Shown: in pieces, positions 37,176-51,074 of the stretch | How positions within the stretch are numbered: position 1 is the first letter of the stretch | Layout: each line of letters starts with the position of its first letter | DNA from: Chrysemys picta bellii | Taxonomy: Eukaryota | Assembly (NCBI RefSeq): GCF_011386835.1 | Contig: NC_088794.1 | Coordinates: 4,712,001 to 4,776,000 of the forward strand | DNA length: 64,000 nucleotides | Direction of reading: 5' to 3' | Made by a program: the position numbers and the translations under genes | Notes under the pieces: generated by a model | What the model saw: the letters and a program-made list of their open reading frames with translations, nothing else | The model's database searches: none | What the model was told of the DNA's origin: nothing

Positions 37176-40100
37176 AGCGGAGGAGAACATTCCAGGGCAC
37201 CCTGTTCAAGCTGAAACTGAAGAAGTACAGAAGCAGGAAGCTCACATTACGTGACCTCCAGAAAATCGGCCCGGAAAGTCTAAAGGAGTGGACGGCTCAG
37301 ACCTTAGGGGACTTACCGTGGTATTTCCTGAGGAAGGTGATGGCTCTGAATGGGACGACCAGAAACACAAGCCTTGGCCAGGGGGAGCTTGAAGATGAAG
37401 CAGTCAGTGAGGATGAGGAGGAACTGGATATTGAGGATGATTTTTTTTCTCTTAATGACACTTGCACTAGTGATTCCCTGCACCCCCTCGATCTTCTCTG
37501 TGCTGTGCTGCTTTGCTCGGACAGTTTCCTACAGCAGGAGATCCTGTCCAGAATGTCCATGTGCCAGTTTGCCCTCCCTCTGCTGCTACCCGCCCTCGAC
37601 ACCCCCAAGTGCACCCTAATGCTGTGGGCCATGAGGGACATTGTGAGGAAGTGGAGGCCGCACTCCCTGGCAGAGAGCAGAGGGTTCAGAGAGGAGAGCC
37701 TGGTGCTCACAGCAATGCCAACCATTTCCTTTGTGCGGATGGGGAGCTGCAGCTTCTCCAAGTCCCAACTCCTCAATGAGGTTCTCAGCCCCTCCCAGCA
37801 GTACCACGATTTCTTCATCCATCGGGACATGGAGTCTGGGAACATCCCTCGGGAAATCGCAGATGGGCTGGTCGAGATTTCCTGGTATTTTCCTAATGGG
37901 AGCAAGAATTCAGATCTTTTCCCAGAACCCATTGCGGTTACAAATCTGCACGGAGACATTGAGTCGCACCAGCTGCAGTTCAGCTTTTTAATGAAGGTAT
38001 CAACTCTTATGATCATATTTGTTGAAAGACTCAGTGAAAGGGAATATGTTCTTCTATTGTCTCTGAAGGAAGCAGGCACAAAAGTGTATTTTATGCTCAG
38101 TTCTGAGGCTGAGAAATCAAAGGACATGTTGGGCTTCCTTAAAAAGCTAGTTCTGGATCTGAAACTGAGTAAATCACACCTATTGTTCAAACAGAGCACA
38201 ACTAACCAGGCACAGCTTGTGAAAAAGCTGCGCTCTACCATTGGAAGAATCACAAAGTTTCCTCAGAGGCGCGTGACTATGGAAGACATGGCTGAGACGG
38301 CTCGGGAACTAGGAATCCAGGTAGATGAGGACTGCGAAGAATGTCAGCGCGCCAGCAAGTGCGTTAAAGAAATCACTGCGGAAATAAAAGACGTGGCAAA
38401 GTACAAGAGGGAAATGCTGAGACTGCAAGGGGATCTCGGGAAGACTGTGGCTAAAGTGGAAAAAGAGCTGTGTCGAATACGGAAACCAAGGACAGCCCAC
38501 TTAGAGAAATATGAATCTGAGTTGAAAGAAAAATTGGTGGCATTACACAAAGAAAAGAATCAGTGGGACCTTACTGATGGTTTGGTTCAATTTATCAGTG
38601 GGATAGCATGTCTCTCCCAAGTGGAAAGATGTTATTTCCTGAAATGGATGAAGCTTAGCCTGGATCACATTACAAGGGGGAATCTTACTAGCTTACAAGC
38701 AGAGTATAAAGAGAAATGTAAAACTTCAGAGAGCGACCCACAAGAGCTATCAGAACTCGGTAAAATAATCTCGGCCAGATCCTTAGGGTCTGAGCATTTC
38801 ATGCGTGAGTTGGGGCAATTCTACGAGGCTGAACATTCAAGGGTGAAACAAAGCAAAATAACAGAAAGCCAAAGACAATTCATCCATCTTCCAGGCATAG
38901 CAGCTGACCTGATGCTGGAAGGGTTTCCCATGGAGCTGATCGATGGAGATGTATCCAACATCCCACTGCAGTGGGTGACAGATGTTCTGACTCAGCTCCA
39001 TGCCAAGCTGGGGGGAAGGTCCAGAACGCTGGTTCTAACGGTACTGGGAGGGCAGAGCACTGGGAAATCCACCCTCCTCAACACCATGTTCGGCCTGCAG
39101 TTTGCAGTGAGCAGTGGCCGATGTACACGAGGAGTCTTCATGTCACTCATTAAAGTGGCAGAGAACTTTCAGCAGGAGCTGGGCTGTGATTTCATCCTGG
39201 TGATAGACACAGAAGGCCTGAAATCCCCTGAACTGGCCAGGCTGGAGGATAGTTATGAACACGACAATGAGCTGGCCACCCTGGTGGTTGGACTGAGTGA
39301 CATAACCATTGTTAACATGGCCATGGAGAACGCCACCGAAATGAAGTATGTTCTGCAAATTGTGGTCCATGCCTTTCTGAGAATGGAGGAAATCGGGCAC
39401 AAACCCAACTGCCAGTTTGTGCATCAGAACGTCAGTGATGTGTCTGCGCATGAACAAAACATGAGGGACAGGAAAAACCTCCTGGAGCAGCTGGATGAAA
39501 TGACCAAAGCTGCAGCAAAGATGGAGACGCAAATCAAGGAAATGGCAATTTCGGATATTATGGACTATGATCCAGAGAAACACAACTGGTACATCCCTGG
39601 GCTGTGGCATGGAGTCCCTCCCATTGCTCCAGTCAACATAGGATACAGTGAGAGGGTGTGTGAGTTAAAGAATTACCTGTTTGACTTTACAAAATCTTGC
39701 TCGGCTAACAGATCCCTTAAGGACATCCCCCAGTTTACTGAAAGGCTGAGAAGCCTGTGGAACACTATAAAACATGAACATTTCAGCTTTAGCTTCAAAA
39801 GCAGGTTTGTAGATGAAGTCTATAACCAGCTGTCTATGAATTATGCAGAGTGGGAATGGGGTTTCCGCAAAGAGATGCATCTGTGGGTATCTGAAAAAGA
39901 AACTTTCATCCTCAACCAGCCAGCAGCAGACCTAAATTTCTCTGTCTTTAAAAACATAGCACTGGAAAAACTGCAGTATGGTGAGCAAAAGATCATGGAC
40001 TGCTTACAACAATATTTTGCAAGGAAGGCCTCAGACCTGCACCTAATGGAAAAGTACAAAGAAGATTTTATAAGGAGCACTAAAACACTCAAGAATGACC

Positions 40101-41482
40101 TTAAAACCCACGTGTTCAGCAAATGCGAAGAAGCCATTCTTACTCAAATAGGCAGGCTGAAGTCACACGACATACACATTAACTACATGAAAATTATTGA
40201 AGGGGAAATCGATCAGTTATTGGCAAACTGCAGGAGGAGCACACAGCAACTAGATGACAAGAAACTGGAGTCCAAATTTGAAACAGTATGTCACGAAACA
40301 TCACTCTGTCCTCTGCAGAACTGCCAAGTTGAGGGAGATATGGAGGCCCAGTTGAGAAAGGACCTGATGAATCGAAGGAGTGCCATCACAGAGATGCTAC
40401 AAGGAGCAGGAAGCCTGAAGGATTACAGAATGAACTCATTCAAGATGAAATCTAAGTATTTGGAAAAATGGCTGATACAAAGAGCAGGGTTGCACAAAGA
40501 TAGTTACCTTCAAAAAGCAAAAGCTATTGCTAAATCACTGATGGATCAGTGCCAGGATTACATTCAAGAAAAGGTCATTTCCAAAACAGACTATGACAAA
40601 ACCTACTGCAGGGAATTGCTGCGCATGATCAATGAGAGGCTCCAAGAGGTGGATGTTCGGAAATGTTATACTAATGCATTCTTCGAAGTTGACCTGAAGC
40701 TTCACGTTCTGGGGGAAGCGGCTCATGAGTTTCAAAAGATGCATGAAGTATTTATCCAGGAACACAATCCCCAGAAACATCTGGAGAAGTTTAAACCTCA
40801 GTACTTCTCCCGATTCAAAGATCTTTATTTAGGGAAGGATTCCTGCCAAAAGAGGGCCAGGGATTTCTGTGAACATTGTCTCAAACCTGCCCTGGTGGAC
40901 TACGTTAAGAAAAGAATCACAATAGAAATAGTGGATGACTTCCTCAGCAGTGGGCAGGCCATTAAATATGGCTGCAAGATCTTTTTCCAGTTTACCGTGG
41001 AGAAGAAGCTCCTGGAAGATGGGAACTTCAACAACTATCTGAATTACATTAACAGCTATGAAGAGTTTGTCCAAAGCTGGATCCACAGACACCTGTTAGA
41101 TTACTATAACAAGACTGATGGCTTGGTAGTCCCGGAAAGAGAGATTCTAGCCACAATAGTAAACAAAGTGAGAGGAGTTTTGGAACACACCAAGGACATA
41201 AAGCCTAACTCGGTCTCTGCTTTCTTAGATGACTTTTGCAAAGCACTGGAGCAGGATCTGGTCATTTCCAAGGACAGCTTAGTGGGGATACTGTTCAAAA
41301 ACACAGCAATGGCCCAGCAATTTTCTGCAGACATTCAGACCTTGCTGCCTGACCTGGAACAGCAAATCTTATCTGAATTTAAGGAGCTGGAGCTGGAGTC
41401 AAAACTCTCCAACCTGCCATTGAAGCCTCAGGATGAGATGTTCAAGCAAGTTTCTGGATTTGCAGAAGCCTCCATTCCCTGA
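37176..41482 (+). CDS. URGCP/VLIG-type very large GTPase exon, gene B terminal exon (C-terminally shortened)
   Basis: Acceptor ctttccacag| at 37176, phase 1, homologous to gene A (ERRR..Q..L.KLK). Intact GGQSTGKS, GRCT and DTEG. The ORF ends about 150 aa earlier than A. Confidence 0.9.
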
Positions 41483-41823
41483 GGCTCCCAGAGAAGCAAG
41501 AGAGAGATAAATTCCTTGTAGTAGGATTTTGGTATAAATGGGAGTCCGAAATGGCAATATTGCCACAGGAAAGAAACTGGGCAGTAAAGAGCAGAAGCCA
41601 CTCTGACAATGATGCTATGGGTCAGTCTAAACAACTGTCTTAAATGCTTAAATGATCTACTCGCGGGTTGGCTAGGGTTAGACAGACTGAGCAGGGTCTA
41701 GGGATGGAGATAGAGTGACCTGCTTGACATGAACTCTGTTGGTGCCTGCTCAATCAAATAAACGGCTACAAAGAATGTCATACTCAGCCTGTCAGTTTGC
41801 TGGGTCCCCAAAATATCCTTTCA

Positions 41824-42000
41824 AATCATAGAATGTCAGGGTTGGAAGGGACCTCAGGTCATCTAGTCCAACCCGCTGCTTAAAGCAGGACCAATCCCCA
41901 GACAGTTTTTTGCCTCAGATCCCTAAATGGCCCCCTCTAGGATTGAACTCACAACCCTGGGTTTAGCAGGCCAATGCTCAAAACACTGAGCTATCCCTCC
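41824..42000 (-). mobile_element. Near full-length tortoise-type tRNA-derived PolIII SINE
   Basis: ggagggatagctcagtg...gagttcaatcc A/B boxes, plus CR1-derived tail (ctatgatt). Confidence 0.9.
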
Positions 42001-42272
42001 TCCCTGGCCCTGTGGGATGAATATAGGACAGAGGGTGTGCATGGGCGTGCATGGGTTGGTAGCTCCAGACAAAAGAGCCCACAATGAGCAGGCCCTCATG
42101 TAGCAAAGCATCTGAGAACCACCCTGAAGCCTGGGAGGGACAGAGCAGCCGAATGGGGATGTCCCAGGATGGGAGCCAGGACGAGCGCTGTGCCAGGGAG
42201 GAATCACCTGAGAAGGACAAACCAGAGTTGGATCCAAGATCACTGCTGCCCGCAGCTGTATGGGGCCGTGAG

Positions 42273-42527
42273 CAGGGCCGGCGCCAGCATTTCTGCCGCC
42301 CCAAGCGCAAAAAAAAAAAAAAAAAAAGCCGCGATCGTGATCTGATCGGCAGCGGCAATTGGGGGAAAAAAAAAAAAGCCGCGATCGGCGGTGGCAGTTC
42401 AGCGGCAGGTCCCTCACTCCTAGAGGGAGTGAGGGACCTGCCGCCACAGAATTGCCGCAGGTGCCGCCCCTCTCCCTTGGCCGCCCCAAGCACCTGCTTG
42501 TTAAGCTGGTGCCTGGAGCCGGCCCTG
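42273..42527. mobile_element. hAT MITE
   Basis: cagggccggc ... gccggccctg TIRs with perfect 8-bp TSD GCCGTGAG. Confidence 0.9.
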
Positions 42528-43889
42528 GCCGTGAGTACTGGGGCTTGCGGCCTTGCACTGGGAATAAGGCAGGAGGTTGTAGCTAGTTAAGTTGGGAGGT
42601 GGTTGCTCTGTGTGGGTTTGCAGAGCAGCAGCAGAAGAGGGCACAGGAGGGGTTTGTTTACTGATGTTGAAGACGGCTAGGAGCACTCAAGATTTGCTGC
42701 TGGACTTGAACGCTGCCCAGAATTCCTGAACTCTGAGTGTAGACGCATTGCTTGGTGTCTATCCTGGTAATTTTTGGGGCCTGGGGGTCCTCACATGGGA
42801 TCTAACCTATTTTACTGCTCCCCCATCTTTCCCCCCTGATTTCTCCATTCATTTCTCTGTAAAAAAATATTTCCTTGTCCTATATTCATTGTACTATTCA
42901 GGTGTGTGTGCATGTTTACTCCAAGGGGTTTGAAACAGGTGGTAGAAGGGAGTTTCCCTGCTGCATTCCTGTGCCTGCCTTTTCTGGGCCGGAGCCACAG
43001 GTCAGACTCCATGTTGGCCATGAGGGCGCTACAGGTACACGACTGACAGTAAATCATCAGAAAGCAAATCTGACCAACTCTGGCTAGAAGAGGAACGTCG
43101 CCTTAAAAGAGATTCCCCCCATGGGACACAAGAGGGCGCTATTGCTCCATCCAGCCACCTGCTCAGCCCTAACAGTGAGAGCTCAGAACTGCTGTGAAGT
43201 GAGTGCAACTCCTGAGATTTAACTAGACTTGCAGCCAGAGGTGGATAATGCTTTGGTGGGGCCCTGGGCCAGAGCAAGGGGAGGCCCCTCCCCACCTCTT
43301 CTACCTGCAGTCCCCCCTTAACCTCCCCTCCCGGCGTTCCTGCCAGGGAAATGGGGGTCGGGGCACAGGGGCTTGATCCGCCCCATCCTGATGGGCTGGG
43401 AGATGACCAAACAAGAGGAGCTGGCCAGTCTACCCCACACAGCGCTCTGATTGCATAACGAGGCAGAAAATCAAACTGCTGGAGAGGGCACATGTGGCTG
43501 CTGCTAGTATAGGGACTCTCAACAGGATGTTGAGAGCCTGAGTGCCGGGCCGGGGGTCAGACCCAGTGAGCAGCCTGTCCCATGTGAGCCTGCACCACAT
43601 GCAATAAGTGGCCGGAGCCCACAGGAAAGAAGGCCTCTGCCCGGTGACTGAGGGACGGATGCTGGAAGGGCACTGAGGTTATGGGTGGATGTAGCTGATG
43701 GCAGTGTTGGAGTGCTTTCTGGATGAAATTCCTGCCTGCCAAAGGCTGTAGGAGAGATCCCCACTCCACATCCAGGGATGGGAGTTTGAAACTACGTACC
43801 AGAAAGGGGATCCCCTATGCCAAGAAACATCATAGAGGATTGAACACCCAGGACAGTGTCTGAGGAGAATCCCCAACTAGCAGCCAGCC

Positions 43890-44670
43890 TCCCTTCATTG
43901 AATTTAACATACTATCGCAGTTCAGGGAAACCGCACCAGTATTCCCCCACTCCTGGGCAGAGACCCTCATCTCTCTCCCTCCTGAGCATGGGTTTTCCAG
44001 GCTGCACAGTTCCCTGCCTACACTGTGATATCCCCAGCAAGCCAGATGGCCAAAACAGGCTAGCATCTGGGCTTTGTTTTGTCTCTAAATGCTGTGCCCA
44101 GTGTATTGCCCGCAGTTATCGGTTACCACACCACTCTTTCTAAGCAAGCACATTTATTCGTAAGGTTAAAGCATTACACAGAAAACATTAAAAAAAGAAA
44201 AGAACCTACACGCAAGCTAATCAGCTTACTAGAGACCACCCCAATCACGTCAGCTGATGAACAGTCCTTCAGATTCCACTAAGGAATTGTTATGTGTTTA
44301 CTAGTTTATAACATCTTCAGCTCAGAACCAGCTCCTGCACAAAGTGGTCAGTCTTTCCCTTATTTGGCTTGGGCCTTTGATCTTCAGATTCCAGTAACAG
44401 GTGATCAGCAGACAATGGTCCCCATCTCAAGGCATACAAGGCTGGATTTTTGTATAAGTGGAGGTGGGAATTTGCATTCACCTCGCCCTAGGTATTCCAC
44501 CTAACTGTCTGACCCAAAAGTCCATTCCTGTCTGGCACATTGATAATACACTCCTTTGAAGTTCATAACACTTCCTAGGGGCCAGATCTCAACTCCCCCT
44601 TAGAGATCATATATAATCCTGGTCTACAATACAACATAACCTTTGCATTTAATACAATGGATGCCACAAA
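43890..44670 (-). mobile_element. LTR-like fragment (Gypsy family)
   Basis: Ends ...ggatgccaca and resembles the other LTRs in the window. Boundaries approximate. Confidence 0.45.
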
Positions 44671-45141
44671 TACTTAATCTTAAGTCAATAAGGACTTTCC
44701 CAAGGATACAGCAGGAAATTGCCATATCTGTCACACATACCACATCATTTCCTCCAGGTACTGGCAGGAAACCTCGTCACCTTTGCTCATTACATATCAG
44801 CCTCATTTACCAACAATTTTACGTTTTCTTCCAGACCACCGATAAAACTATTAAATAGGATTGTGTGAATAACAGACTCTGTGGAGTCCCAGTGGAAACA
44901 CCTTCATTTGATGGTGATTCCCCACTTACAATTCCTTTTTGATCTCCATTAGTTAGCCATTTAAAAAATCTATTTATTATGTGCTGCGTTGACTTTGCAT
45001 ATGCTATTTTTGAAAATCAGAATATCCTGTGTGTGGGGGACAAAGTCAATTGGCACTTAGTGCCTCTTGGACAGCCTGGCGCTCCAGGCTGTCTGAGCCA
45101 ATAGGGGGCTACAGTAAGACTGTCCCCTACAGAATCACCCA

Positions 45142-45647
45142 GGGTATGTCTACACTGCACACTAAGCCTGGGTCAGTGGGACCCAGCCTTGTGGACTTGG
45201 TGTTTCCATGCCCATGCTTGGGCTTCCACACCGCATTGCAAACCTGGGTTTACAGGTGCTGGATCCAGGTCTCACTGCCATGCTAATGCGTCCATATTGT
45301 GCTATGCAGACCTTCTGACTCAGGTCGGCAGTTTGACCTGCGTCCACACTGTAAAATTATAGAACTTGAACCTGAGTCACAATGAGACTTGGGCTCTGAC
45401 ACCCCCCTTCCCCACAGCAAGGTCTTAGGGCTCAGGTCAGGAGTGCTTGCTGACCTGAGTCTCATAGACTCATAGACTTTAAGGTCAGAAGGGACCATTA
45501 TGATCATCTAGTCTGACCTCCCGCATGATGCAGGCCACAAAGCCGTCCCAACCCTTTCCCTTGACTGATCTGTTTGTGCATGGAAAGGGGGCCTTGGGCT
45601 CAAACCTGAGTGAGAGCCCAGGCTTAGTGTGCAGTATAGACATACCC
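45142..45647. mobile_element. Harbinger-like MITE carrying a CR1 tail piece
   Basis: gggtatgtctacactgcacactaagcctggg ... cccaggcttagtgtgcagtatagacataccc long TIRs. Confidence 0.8.
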
Positions 45648-48179
45648 CCCACCCCAGAGACAGGCAGTGTGGGGTGTCTGTTCCATGCCCCTCCACATAC
45701 TTCCCTTTTCCCCCCAGTATCTCCAGCTCTGGGGGTCTCCCTGCTTGGGAGTGCATAGGGTTGCCAACACTATATTTCAAAAATAAGGGACTGTTTTCTT
45801 AGCACTCCTGCCCGACCCCTCCTCCTGACGTTATTAATTGCTATTGTTATTTATTATTTTATTGTATTTATTAAGCAGTATTCACCGATGTTTGTCAAAG
45901 GTATTTCTTGCTGCTTTTTGCAGCACTCAGCAACTCCTGAGATCGTTGTGCGGAGATGAAGAAATAAAGGACTGTTGTTGCCAGCCCTAGGGCAGCAGCA
46001 GCTGCCAAGGCTGGGGGCCTGGGAAAGGCCTGAGACACAGCCTGGAGCTGGGCCCTGCTGGAGCCCCAACGAACCCGGCTTGACCAGGGAAAGCCCCCCA
46101 CTCCATCTTAGGGGAGAGGGGAAAATGTCTGTCTCCCCTGCACTGGGGGGCTGGAAAAGTCCCTGCTGGTGAATGTAGCCTGTTTGCATCCTATGCTGGG
46201 GAGGGGGAGCTTGAATTATCCCTAAACCACCCCCCCCACCAACGCTGACCCCCTCACGAATTCTGAATCCTTCCCTCCCATGTCCACTTTGATTGACTCC
46301 CGTTCCCCCGGCCCCTCCATTTCCTCTCCTCAGCCACCCCCCAGTTCGTCTAGAATGTGCCATGAGGTGGCAGTTAAACCAGCAAACTATGGGGCTGGGG
46401 GGCACAGTGGGTGGGGGAGCTGCTGCTGTTCCCTTCTGTGCCCTATCCCCTCAGCCCAGCTGTGCCCCTCTGCCCCAAGCAGGGGCAGGACATTCAGGAC
46501 GGGGCTGTATGCTCTTCAGCCTCGGCCCCTCCTGGTTCCCAGCTCCCAGGGAGCTGCTGCCCCATCTCCCTCAGGCTGAGCTGTGAGGAAAGAGCCCTGA
46601 GCCGTCTGAGGGAGGGAGGCCGAGCCGAGGCCATAGATGGGAGCAGGGAGCAATGGTGGGGGAAGGGCATTCAGACACTTGACAAGAGGCTTGTTAATCA
46701 GCAGTGTAGCAAATGTGTCCAGATGGCACAAAGTGAAGGTGCAAAAGGTGCATGGCGACAGCACCCCTGTGAATCACCGTCCTTCAGGGTCTAGCAGAGG
46801 GACTTGACGGGGAAGAGCGCTTCAGGCCTGGGCTGAGGATAGTTTCTTAGTGGGAAAGGACCAGGAAGAGCTGGGTGTTTCCTTGGAGGGACTGGACAAG
46901 AACAAGGTGCATTTTGTAAAGCCTGCCTGTCTTTGAAGCTTGGTGCTTTGGGGTTTTTTTGGTCCTTCCAGCCACCCTGGCCAGCATGTCACACGCAGAT
47001 GGTCACTAGCACAGGGGGTGGCATACGTGGTTGTATTGAGCCCCTTAGATGTATTTTCTAGCCTTGGTCATTTAATTTAAATAGACCTGTAGGGTTTATT
47101 GCTCACATGGTGTCCCTCTGCACAGGGCTAGGACCTACTATCCTGTGTGAGGGGCAATTGGGCATCTGGCACACAACTGCCCCAACAGGAAGAATTGTGC
47201 AGGAATCAGTGGCCGGTTCCCCATGTGAGAACAAGGTCAGTAATGGGGTTCCTAGGGAGCAGTGCCACAGCTGGGGTTCTTTGTTGTATTTATTAACGAC
47301 CTGCAATAAAGGAGTGAAGAGTGAGATGGGAAAAGTTGCAGATGCCAGTGAATTATTTTGCTTGGTGGGGATTGTGAGGGACTCCAGAAAGGGCTACATA
47401 TGCAGGCAATTGGGCAGCATAATAAGAGGCGACATTCAGTCTAGGAAGGGCCAGGTGCTGCATGTGGGAAGGAACAATTGAAAGTGGGTGACATGGGGTA
47501 ATCCACTAAGCAGTTTGATTGTCAGCTCTTTGAGGCAGGGACATCTCTGTTCTGTGTTTGTACAGCACCTAGCACTGTGGGGGTCATGGTCTGTTCCTGG
47601 GGTTTGTAGGTGCTACCACAGTTACAGATAACAACAACAGTAATAATTGAGAGACAGGGTACAGCACTTGAGAAGAATGTAGAAATGATTTCCCCTTTCG
47701 GACACTAGAGGGAGTCTTTGTCCCATCCAGCCGCACTCTGTACCCTACAGGGAGAAGAGATTGGGGCAGGGAGCCGATAGGCTGTTGGGCTGTGAATGTC
47801 ATTACTGGTGATTTCTAACCCTGCACAGTTAGATCACTGTTTGCATTTTTCTTTTTTTTTAAATACAATCTAGTTCCCCTTGTAAGTGGGGGAAATCCCT
47901 TCCCTGGGGTTGGGGTCTAGCTGCTTCGTTGTGTGGCTGGCCCTGTGTATCCCACCCAATCAGTTATTGACTTGTAATGCATTGTGTCTGGGCCCAGGCA
48001 CTGCAGGGACAACCCAGACAGCTGTTGCCCGATCTTTAGTTTATGTATTAATTACATTGATAACTTGGAATTCTTAAGTAATCACTTTGAGGGTTGACAG
48101 GTTCTTGCCATAAGATCAGGCCCAGTATTATTCAAATTATTATATAGATGGGAACCATGATGTGCACAGTTGCAACACT

Positions 48180-48990
48180 CACACCATAGGAACTTTTTTA
48201 TATTTACAAATATAGTTTATTAATACATTTAGCACAGTCACAAAACACCCCAACACAGTAAGGTAGATAGAGATACTACAGAATGTACATCTCTACATCC
48301 ATATACTGACACCATCCCTTGCAGAACAACCTGAAGTGTTAACCAGCATCTTCCTCATCACCATCACTTTCCCCATCATCACCAGTGAACATAATTCTGC
48401 CACCTCCCAAGGACTACATCGCCTTCTCCTACTGCCCCCGGCTGGATGCCACTTTTATAATATGTTAGGTCGATGCATATTCAGTATGGGATTTTTCCTC
48501 TTTTCCTTATTTGTATTTCCTCGCCTTACTAATGTTGCAATGTTTTTTTTCCCCTATAGGTTAATATATACATTTTCCAAACTTATCATCATATATGTCA
48601 ATTCATTACCATGCCCCTTTTGTGGTTAGGTATCACATTGTTATTTCTGTCCTAACTAGTTATTTTGGTTCTTTTCCAAGTTCCAAGTTGTGGTGAACCT
48701 GTTAAGTTTAAAAGAGTATGAACTTAGGAAAACCCCTATGCCAACCTACGTCAACACATCCTCTATGTTAACGGTTGCAGCCATATATGGACCGTATGCT
48801 TTAGCTCATCACCATCTATCTAGTTGAAAGGTCTCAAACATATCTATACTAACTTTGCCTTAGCTCCACATACAGGATGTGGCCTGCAGATCCCTTGTGT
48901 TACGGCCCAAATATACTCTAATATAAACCTATTATAATAAAACAAATAATCAAACCCAAAAGAAACGTATAAGAAAAGATATAGAGGCAA
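48180..48990. mobile_element. LTR-like repeat related to 56590-57680
   Basis: Shared block aaaaccctatgcc...ctaactttgccttagct...catacaggat...ggcc with 57395-57660. Confidence 0.55.
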
Positions 48991-49339
48991 GCAAGCAAGC
49001 TAGTCTTGGGCCTGGTCTACACTACGAGTTTAGGTCGAATTTAGCAGCGTTAAATCGAATTAAGCCTGGACACGTCCACACCACGAAGCCTTTTTTTCGA
49101 CTTAAAGGGCCCTTTAAACCGGTTTCTTTACTCCACCTCCAACGAAGTGGTGGGGCCTTCGGCAGAAGGGGCAGGGATTGGGGGGTCAGAGCCAGCCCCA
49201 TTCTGCCCTGTACCAGTAAGTGCCCTCCCCCTCCCCCGCCGGGGTAACAGCGGCAGCCGGGGGCTCTGGCAGCCATTTAAAGGACCCAGGGCTTGGCCGC
49301 TACTATCGCCCCGGGCCCTTTAAATGGCTGCCGGAGCCT

Positions 49340-51074
49340 CCAGCCCCCAGACAGGGTAGGCCCATTACTCAATGAAGAGGGAAAAACAATAACAGAAACT
49401 GTGAAAATGGCAGAAGTGCTAAATGACTTCTTTGTTACGGTTTTCACCAAGAAGGTTGGTGGCGTTTGGATGCCTAACATAGTGAGTGCCAGTGAAAATG
49501 GAGTAGGTTCAGATGCTAAAATAGGGAAAGAACAAGTTAAAAGTTATTTGGACAAGTTAGATGTCTTCAACTCACCAGGGCTGATGAAATGCATGCTAGA
49601 ATACTCAAGGAATTGTCTGAGGAGATATCTGAGCCATTAGCTATTATCTTTGAAAAGTCCTGGAAGACAGGGGAGATTCCAGAAGACGGGAAAAGAGCAC
49701 ATATAGTGCCTATCTTTAAAAAGGGAAATAAAGGCAGCCCAGGCAATTACAGACCAGTCAGTTTAACTTCTGTACCAGGTAAGCTAATGGAGCAAATAAT
49801 TAGGGAATCAATTTGCAAACATCTAGAAGATAATAAGGTGGAAGTGATAGTCAGCATGGATTTTTTCCAGAAGAAATCATGTCAAACCAATGGGATAGCC
49901 TTTTTTGACAGGGTAACAAGCTTTAGTGGATAGGGGGAATGAGGTAGATGTGGTATATAGTAAGGCTTCTGATTCAGTCTCGCATGACCTTCTCGTTAAG
50001 AAACTAGGGAAATACAACCTAGATGGAGCTACTATAAAGTGGGTGCATAACTGGTTGGAAAACCACTCCCAGAGAGTAGTTATCAATGGTTCGCAGTCAT
50101 GGCGGAAGGGCATAACAAGTGGGGTTCCACAGGGATCAATTCTGGGACTGTTTTTTTTCAATGTCTTCATCAATGATTTAGATCATGGCATAGAGAGTAC
50201 ACTTATAAAGTTTGCGGACGATACCAAGCTGGGAGGGATTGCAAGTGCTTTGGAGGATAGGATGAAAATTCAAAATGATCCAGACAAACTGGAGAAATGG
50301 TCTGAAGTAAATAGGATGAAATTCAATAAGGACAAATGCAAAGTACTCCACTTAGGAAGGAACAATCAGTTGCACACATACAGAATGGGAAATGACTGCC
50401 TAGGAAGGAGTACTGTGGAAAGAGATCTAAGGGTCATAGTGGACCACAAGTTAAATATGAAGCAACAGGTAATGCTGTTGCAGAAAAAAAGCAAACATCA
50501 TTCTGGAATGTATTAGCAGGAGTGTTGAAAGCAAGACACCAGAAGTAATTCTTCTGCTCTACTCTGCACTGATTAGGCCTCAATTGGTGTATTGTGTCCA
50601 GTTCTGGAAAGATGTGGACAAATTGGAGAGAGTCCAGAGAAGAGCAACAAAAATGATTAAAGGTCTAAAAAACATGCTATGAGGGAAGATTGAAAGAATT
50701 GGGTTTGTTTAGTCTGGAAAAGAGAAGACTGAGAGGGAACGTGATAACAGTTTTCAAGTACCTAAAAGGTTGTTACAAGAAGGAGGGAGAAAAATTATTC
50801 TCCTTAACCTCTGAGGATAGGACAAGAAGCAATGGGTTTAAATTGCAGCAAGGAAGGTTTAGGTTGGACATTAGGAAAAACTTCCTAACAGGGTGGTTAA
50901 GCACTGGAATAAATTGCCTAGGGAGGTTGTGGAATCTCCATCACTGGAGATTTTTTAGAGCAGGTCAGACAAACACCTGTTAGGGATGTTCTAGGTGGTG
51001 CTGGTCCTGCCATGAGTGCAGGGGACTGGACTTGATAACCTCTCCAGGTCCCTTCCAGTCCTATGATTCTATGA
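49340..51074 (+). mobile_element. CR1 LINE, about 1.7 kb 3' part with frameshifted RT
   Basis: NYRPVSLTSVPGK, GVPQGSILG and FADDTKLGG motifs; tail ctatgattctatga. Confidence 0.95.

Noticed and set aside
41930-42000. tRNA gene
   Set aside because: It is the tRNA-derived head of a SINE, joined to a CR1-type tail.
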